Positions 56,180-64,000 of a DNA stretch of 64,000 bases are shown one piece after another (within the stretch, counting starts at the first letter, position 1; every line of letters begins with the position of its first letter). The DNA is from the human T2T-CHM13v2.0 reference genome, Homo sapiens: assembly GCF_009914755.1 (NCBI RefSeq), contig NC_060935.1, one strand, 5' to 3'. The notes under the pieces were generated by a model. That model was not told the origin of the DNA and made no database searches. It saw only the letters and a list, made by a program, of their open reading frames with translations. A program made the translations under genes and the position numbers.

Positions 56180-56684
56180 TGACCCCTACCAGATGGAGTC
56201 CCCTAAGGACTGGGGAACCCCAAGGCCAGCAGGGGGTGACTGCCCAGGACCCAGCACAGGAGCATTGGCAGCCCTCAGCAGCCTCTGCACTCAGACGCTG
56301 ATCATGGTGTTGGGGGTAGGGGGTTGGTCCCTCACAGATTCCCATGAGCCTCACAGCCCAGCATAGCTTCATGGTGGGCCAGTCACCCTCGGCAGCCTGA
56401 GAACCATGGTCCAGGCCTGAGGCCCTGCCCTTTCTGGCCACTTGCAGGGCTCAGCACAGGGCCCAGCCTAGGCCGGGGGCTCCACATGGCCAGGACAGAG
56501 GTTGGGTCTCTCCGTTTAGATGCTGCCTGCCTCCCTATCCGAGGTGTCTCCATGTCCCCGGTCATCAGGGCGTGACCCGTCTGACCAGCAAGCCCCTTCC
56601 CCAGACGAGAGCAGGGTGTATGCTCTTCCCTGGGGCCCTGGCTGTGGCGATCACGAAAAGCTCCCCCTCTCCTGCACTCCACAG

Positions 56685-56763
56685 ACCTCATCGTGGTCGT
56701 GGCCTCCATGGTGGTCCTCTGCGTGGGCTCCAAGGGGCAGGTGTTTGCCACGTCGGCCATCAG
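56685..56763 (+). CDS. KCNQ1: KCNQ1 exon 4 (79 nt): (D)[25 protein letters not shown](R), S3 and S3-S4
   Basis: Acceptor cactccacag|AC and donor ATCAG|gtgcgt. Overlaps ORF 56693..56986. Confidence 0.99.
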
Positions 56764-57322
56764 GTGCGTCTGTGCCACAAGCTCCCCCCGCCATGCCGCC
56801 CCACCCCGAGCACCCCTCCTGAGCCGCGGGTGGTCTCACGCCCCATCCACCTTGCTCAGATGCAAGGTGCCTTGGTGCCCACTGCCCCCGGGGGCACTGA
56901 GCCATGTGCTGGGATGGGTGGAGCAGGGTGGGTGCAGGCAAGTGTGGAGGGCACGGCTCAACCCAAGATGCCTCAGGCAGCCCTAGGCTCTGGCCCAGCA
57001 CTAGCGCCTCTGAACTTCCAGGACTTGGGTGGTAACCTGACCATCTGGGCACACAGCCTGCCCATCTGCAAACTGGGGTGACCCAAGGAGCCCCCCAGAA
57101 GGCAGTCTGGGGACTGAGGGAATCTGGAGGTACCTGGCTGACCCCCAGCTCAGCCCTGTGTGGGCAGATTCAGAGCAGGCTCTGGGGGGCTGCGCCTGAG
57201 AGGGAGATTCCCAGGCCCCTGTCGGGATGGACATATACCCAGCCTCCCCACCCAGAGTGGACGCCTGGGAGGGGCAGGGGCAGGGACACCCATGCCATCG
57301 GCCAGCCCTAGGCCCGGCGTGA

Positions 57323-57484
<162 letters not shown>

Positions 57485-58205
57485 TAGGGGTGCGGGGCCC
57501 AGGTTGGGGACAGGACGGAGGGAGCAGAGCAGCCCACACTAGGACGGCTTGAGATGCGCTGAGGCCCCGGGGGCCGGTGGGTGCCTGGGCGCAGGGGTAC
57601 CTGAACGGGGCCCAGGATCTCAGAGCAAGCCCAAGCTTGAGCCCAGCCTGGATGCTCCACCCCAGCCTGGTGCCAGTGACCCTGGCCTGCCAGGCTGATG
57701 GTGTGCTCACCTTCCTCTGAGCTGGGGGCAAATGAAGACAGAAAGTCAGAAATGAAAAACCCAGGCAAATCAAGGACCCGGTCAAGGCAGGGCCACCAGA
57801 CTCCCTCCCGAGGGCTGCACTCAGATGGGTTCAGGCTGCACTGGCCCCTGGCTCTGTGGGGTGAGGGGACCCTTCCTCTCCCTGAGGATCTCCTGGGTCC
57901 TGGTCCATTCTTGGTTCTGTCACGTGGCAGGAAAGAGAGCTGGGCAATCAGTGGAGCCCGCGCCGGCCCAGACAGTGGGCCTAGGGCGACCCCAGGGCTG
58001 AGCCTCATTCTGGGGGTAACCCCCACCCGCCACTTACCGGAGTTGTGAGGAGTGGGCTATATTGAAGCCGGCCCTGTGCATGTGAACCACGCTGGAGCGG
58101 CGTAGGGCGCCCAGTGATCGCTGGGACTCGCTGCCTTAGGCGTCTGCACAGGAGGCTCCCAGCCTGCGGTTCCTGGAGCCCGACACTGTGTGTTTTCTGG
58201 CCTAG

Positions 58206-58346
58206 GAGCTGATAACCACCCTGTACATCGGCTTCCTGGGCCTCATCTTCTCCTCGTACTTTGTGTACCTGGCTGAGAAGGACGCGGTGAACGAGTCAGG
58301 CCGCGTGGAGTTCGGCAGCTACGCAGATGCGCTGTGGTGGGGGGTG
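58206..58346 (+). CDS. KCNQ1: KCNQ1 exon 6 (141 nt): [48 protein letters not shown]5, turret and pore helix
   Basis: Acceptor gttttctggcctag|GAG and donor GTG|gtaagt. Contains the NES sequon and the YADALWWG pore helix. Confidence 0.99.
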
Positions 58347-61174
58347 GTAAGTCGGAAACTTCCAGGCATGGGGACAGGGGCAGCTCAGGCTGAGGAGTGG
58401 GCAGGACATCTGGGCACTGGTGTCTTGAGACTTCGGGCCTTGGCAGGGGCTTCTCACCTGCACGCTCACAGGCCTCTGTCCACAAACCTGTGCTTGGAGC
58501 CGCTGGCACAGGTCCCCACGCTCAGTGTTGAGTCCTTTGGCATCACCATCTTGAAGTTCTGAATGGTCTCATCCTTGAACTTGAGATTTGAGAGGGAAAT
58601 CGGAGGGGTCACTGGAGCGTGTGTTGGGGGCTTAGCGGTTTCGGCTCCCCCATGGCTCTGCCTCCCGCCATCGTCCTAGGTTGCCCATTCCCTGCCTCCA
58701 CCGTGGCCCTCACCCTGGCAGGGCCCAAGGAGAGCGGCGTCAGATGCATACCTCGCGTGTCTCTGAGGGTCCACACAGGCCCTGTAAGTGCCCCTGTCCC
58801 CAAGGAGCCAGACATGAGACAGCAAACAGGAAAGACCATGATGGCTCAAGAGACCCCAGCAGAGATCAGAGAGCCCCCGTGTTTCCAGTGGATGCTGGGC
58901 CTGCAAGTTCTGGAGCCGGGCCTGGGCAGTGGCGACATAGGTGCAGCTGGGCCTAGGGAAGCAGGGACCCGGCCTGTGGGCCCAGAGGCTGCCCCTGGCT
59001 GTGAAGGTGGGTTCCGGCCACCTAGAGCAGCCCGGGAGCCTTGGGGAAGCCGGTGTGCAGCAGGCAGATCCCGCACTGGAACACCGAGCCACCCAAAGCT
59101 CAGAGAGGCTGTGCGGGAGGGGTGGGGCAGGGTGTCTTGGGCCGTGTCTGTGGGGGCTTCCTTGAGGGACTCAGGCTTGCACGTGGGAGAGGGAGATGTT
59201 CCGATGAGGATGCAGCTGCAGGAATCAGGGTGCGCCCTCCGAGCTGCAGGCTCCCCAAGTCCCAAGTCACTGGCCTGTGGGCCCAGCAGCAGTTTCTCAT
59301 GGCTCAGAGGACGCTGGCTGAGGCATTTTTAGGGGGCAGGCCTAGCTTGCCAGTGTCCCTCTGGGAGCTGGTGGCTGCCTTCAAATCCTCCAGTGAAAGT
59401 CGGCGTTTATATATGCGTGGAGCTCAAGGGCTGCTTCTAGGGGGAACACGTGGGTACCCCGAGGGGAGTAGCTGGCTGGAGGCCAGAGTGCAGGGAGGGA
59501 ATGACTCCATCCCATCTCCCCCCACAGCTGCAGGGCCAGGTGGGCCGTCCACAGGCCACTAAGGCCCAGGGTGGCACCATCACACCTTGGGGAGTGGCCC
59601 TGGGTGGGGACCGAGAAGCCCAAGTGCCGAGGTGACAGGGTGACCCCTACTCTGCCGCCACAAGCCTGCCCCCGCGTCTGCCCTTGTCTACCGACCTCCG
59701 GGCTCACTCAGTCCGATAACAGGTTAGATGGAATCGTGGTAGCAACAGGGGCTGGGGGCTGGGGAGGAGGCCGTCGAAGCCCACACAGGGTGGGAGCCAA
59801 GGCCTGGGGGCCGCACGGGGGCTGGAGGTGGGGGCGGGCAGGGCAGCCGTGGGAAACACGTGGTGGTGCCAGGACCCAGTCCGTCTGCCCCGAGTCCTCC
59901 TTCCAGAAAGGACCGGACTTGCTGGCTCTCGGGACCCCCCACCACCATCAGAGCATATCTGGGTGGGGTGAGAAGCCTCCCGGTGGCTCCCCAGGCAGGC
60001 ACGTGTCCCTGCGATTGCTGTGCCTCCTCCCTCCCCCTCAACCGCCGCTTCCCCCATGAGGCCAGACACTCAGCAGTGGCTCCTGACGTAGGCCAAGTCA
60101 GCAGGTTTTCTGGAAGCTTCCAAAGTGCTGCAATGCTCAGGGATGGCAGGGGCATGCTGACACAGCTCCTGGGTTGGGGCAGGCCCCACTTTCGGCCTCT
60201 TCCCGCCTTCCTGGGGGCCTGTGTCCCCGAAGGCCCCAGTGTGGCAGGCCTGAGCAGGTTTGGGCAGCAGGGCCCAGCCCCCCTGCGGGAGCCTGCCTGC
60301 AGTGAGTGTGGATGGGTAGGGCGTGCTCGGGGGATGGACGGCCCAGAGCCAGGAGAGTTCCCGGGAGGCTGGTGGCAAGGTGGGCAGTGAGGAGCTGGCG
60401 GTGCAGCAAAAGCCAGTGGGTACTGGCCCCGGCACGGCTGATAAGCAGTGCCCAGCCTTCGCTGCTGCCCTGCCTGCCTTCCCAGCCGCCCACTGGAGCT
60501 GTGGGCAGCGGACGCTACTCCCCAGCCCCCCAGCCCGCAGCAGAGCGGCACTCCCACTCCCACACCTGTGCAAACATCCGCCCGCTGGCCGGGAACACGG
60601 CCCCTTTGTGCCCGGCTTGGCATCAGTGCCCCGGCCCACACCGTCAGCTGCAGCCCGAGCCTCGGCCATCGCGCGCCCTGGCCTGGCCATTGTTCCCGCC
60701 AGGCCCCGCGCCCCTGGTCGCCCTGGGCCCCCCACCGCCCAGGGCTGTGGGGCAAACAGCTCCCATTCAGCTGCCCTGCAGCTGTCTGGGGGGAGCGGCC
60801 CCTGAGGCCTGAGTTATGGGCTGTGTTCCTGGCATTTCTCGGACAAACAGAACTTGAGAAACGCAAGAAGGGGCAGCAGCCCAGATGGGGGCTTTTAAGC
60901 CAGTTTTGCCAATTTGCAACTGCGCCCTGAGCAGTTGTTTTCTTTCAGCTCCTTTGTCCTGCTTCCTTCACCCCACCGGGGAGTGAAGTACGCCCTCGCC
61001 GGCCAGGCAGCCAGGGCTGCTCCATGTCTGTCCGTCCGTCGGGGCTGCCACAGGCCCTTACTGGGTGGGAGGTGGCTTCCTGGAGGCCAGGCCATTCTGA
61101 TCATCATGCTGCATCTGCCCCAGACCTTGCCTGGACTCTGTGGACTCCTCACCCCTCAGACACACCCTGAGAGG

Positions 61175-61535
61175 GTGCTGGAGCTGCCACAACAAAGTCC
61201 GCGAACTGCTGGGCCCAGAGCAACAGAAACTCATGGGCTCTAGAGGCCAGAGCCCGAAGCGAGGTGTGCACAGGGCCTGCCCCTCCGAAAGCTCAGGGAG
61301 AAATTTCCTCTCCTCTCCCCGTGGCTGGAGACTCCAGGCGTGCCCGGTGTGCGGCCGCCTCTTTCCTCTGTGTCAGGCCCTGTCTCTCATGAGGACACTT
61401 GCTGTTGGCTTTAGGGTCCACCCAGGTGATCCAGGAGGAGCTCATCTTGATTGAGTCTTCAAAGAGCCTATTTCCAAATATCGCATTCTGTGGGTCCAGG
61501 TGAATATGAATTAGGGGGGATGCAGTCCAGCCTAG
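61175..61535 (-). mobile_element. MLT1C-like LTR
   Basis: gctgccacaacaaagtcc...gaggacacttg...ctatttccaaat...atatgaattagggggga. Confidence 0.75.
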
Positions 61536-62309
61536 GACAGTGGGTGGCCCAGGTGGACTTCCTGGGAAGGTCCCTCCCCTTGCCGGCCACCAGTTTCCAC
61601 AGCTGTCCAGCGAAGGCGCCGGCTCAGTGGTTGAGTGTCCCCTCCTGTCCCCTTCGCCGGGGTGGGGATACGCAACTTGGATGTGAGAACTCTCGAATCC
61701 CCTGAGTGTGGCGCCTGCCCTGGCTGCCAAGGCGTTTGGGGAGAATTTAAGACTTTTCTTTGCCCTTGGAACAAAATGCGTTTGTTTGTGTTAAAGTTTG
61801 AGTGGAGGGAGAAGCAGTTTTTGCAAACACGGGCTTCTCTGTTCAGCGCCCGGGGGTCTCTACAAACAGGAGGCTGCCGGGCTGTGTTTGCCCCTCTGCA
61901 CCTAAATTTAGAATTGAAAGTAAAGAAGCTGGAACCCCATTCCTACATTTCAGCCGCCTTTTGAAGTCGAGTCTGACTGCCTGCTGTTCACTCTCTCCTC
62001 ACCTGGAGCCTCCAGAAATTCCCGCCTCCCTGGCAACGCTGCACCCTGGCGGGGCAAGGCCAGAAGGGGCTGGGGGCTGGTGCAGGGGTGTGCGTGAGGG
62101 CAGGGCCTCCCAGACAGTCACAGGCCAGCCCTGTTGGCACTGCCCAGCGGGAGGGGTGGTGTCAGGAAGAGCTGGGGAAGCCAAGGCGCCGTGGGCCGAG
62201 GGGCGGCAGGACCTGGCCACCCACCGAGCCCCTGGGTCAGCGTTCTTCCTCCTCCTGGAGTTCCGTGCAAAGGGGAACGAGTTCAGCTGCCCTACTGAGT
62301 GGGCCTGGG

Positions 62310-62430
62310 GACAGAGGCAGAGTACGCACCTGCTGTGTGCCTCAGTTTCTCCATCTGCACATGGGAGACAGCAGTCCGTCTCCCAGGGCCAATGCAGGGC
62401 CCGCTGCAAGGGCTGCTGAGGACTGTAATC
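62310..62430 (+). mobile_element. MIR fragment
   Basis: ctgtgtgcctcagtttctccatctgcacatggga. Confidence 0.65.
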
Positions 62431-64000
62431 CCAGAGGCTGCAACCGATCCCTCTGCTGCGGAGACTTTCCCTGGACCGAAAGGGCCTCCTGGTGAGGCTG
62501 GGTCTCCGTTTGTGGACTCACTGTTGAGGCGTGTGGTTTGCGGTCCTGCTGTGTGCCAGGCACCGGCAGGGGTTCGGGCAGCCCTGTCTTGCTCTCTCTG
62601 TCACAGTCAGGAGCGAGAAGCATGGTGTGAGCTGGGGCTGGCCTGTGGTGGTTCGCAGGTGGCCATGGGAAGCACCGCCGGGGTGTCCCTGCAGGACTGT
62701 TTCGGCCCAGGAGCAGGGAGGCCTCCTTGAGGAAGTGACAGCTGAGCTGAGACCTCAAGACACAGTCACCTGGGCCACCTTCCGGCAGGGCGCTGAGCCT
62801 GGCTGTACCTCGGGGAAGACGCGGCCTGGGGCCTGGGTGCCATGGGGGTGTTGACGGTTTCACCACCAGCCCGTGTGTGGGGCTCCGGGCTTCGTGAGTG
62901 AGGAGAGGACTCCATGTGATGGGGAGGCCTGGCCCTCGTGAATTGGTGTTCGTTTATTTACTTTCTCCTGCTGAAAGGAAGCAGGTTTATTTTGGGGTGT
63001 GTGTCTGCTTTTGCTTTTACCCTGAGAGTTTGCCAGCCTGCTGGCTTGTTCCCCCACCCCCACCTGGTGGCGTCAGCCCCTTTATGGCTGTTCCTGAGAG
63101 ACAGGCCGGAGTCTCCAGGGCGGCCCCACGGGGGCTGGGCGTCCCCTTGGAATGTGAGTGCCTGGCCTGTTAGAGCCCCAGGACCGCTGGCCCCACCCTT
63201 CTCTGTCCCAGAGACAGTCCTGCCCCCCACCCAGGGGCCTCCCTCTGTCCACGGCTCCCCCTTTCCCAGGCCACCCCCCTAGGCCCCTTTCCTCCACCTT
63301 CATTGGCCCTGCCCTCTGTAGTGTCACCCAGGTCAGTGGGGCCCTGTCCTGCCCTGTCCTGAGGAGTGCATGTCTCTGAGCCCTGCATGGGGGGAGCCCA
63401 CCAGCTAGCAGAGGCCCAGAAGGCTCTAGACAGGCTCTAGACTGGGTCTCTAAGTCTGCAAGGGGCACCAAAGCACTTTACAAATTCCAGGAGTGAGTGA
63501 CAGGCTGGCCACGTGCCAAGCCCTCACCCAGCAGGCAGCCCGTGAGAAGTGTGTTGTGATCATGCACCTTCCCGAGAGGGGGAAACTGAGGTACAGAACA
63601 TGCTGGGGCTTTGCCTGAGGCCAGACGGACAGGGTGAGAACTGCCCCCCACACTCAGAGCCACGGTGCCAGCCCAGCCTTGCCAGCAGGGCAGCCACAGG
63701 ACTTCCAGGCAAGGTGACGGTGCCAGGTGGGGCCCGAGGCCCTCACTCATAGGGCATTGTCCCACATCCCCTGGAACCACTGAGACAGGCATCGTGCCAC
63801 GAGAGGGGACACCTGCCTGGACCTCTGTGTGCTCAGCCTACTGGGGGCACTGAGGCCGAGGGCCCAGCTCTGCGAGATCCTGCATGGGCTTCCTTCCAAG
63901 CCCTGGAGAGGGGAGCAGGCCTGGGAGGGCGCCCTTGGCCCAGAGCCTCCATGAAGAGCCAGGGGCCTCCTCATGGCTGGGGCCCCAGCACAGTGACCTG

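Noticed and set aside
59724-60866. 380-aa antisense ORF, and similar long ORFs at 723-1565, 11865-12695 and 13113-13970
   Set aside because: Low-complexity GC-rich translations with no recognisable homology or gene structure.

Overview
Human genomic DNA from inside KCNQ1 (Kv7.1/KvLQT1, imprinted 11p15.5 domain), + strand. The window covers the end of intron 1, coding exons 2-6 (S1 end, S2, S3, the S4 voltage sensor, S5 and the pore helix; about V129-V307 in isoform 1 numbering, no deviation from the protein as I recall it), the 42.6-kb intron 2 and the start of intron 6. The rest is GC-rich intron with Alu, L1, MaLR (MLT1), MER58A, MIR and L2 relics and at least five minisatellites. Almost all supplied ORFs are spurious. 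I see no new gene or new biological system. The best leads are regulatory: a divergent pair of strong CTCF motifs next to a 44-bp VNTR in intron 2, a 92-nt stop-containing cassette exon in intron 1, two GATA-dense candidate enhancers, L1-born minisatellites that amplify TF motifs or CpGs, a G4-prone VNTR, and a higher-order VNTR plus an inverted Alu pair just upstream of exon 3. Repeat subfamily names and edges were assigned by eye and are approximate.
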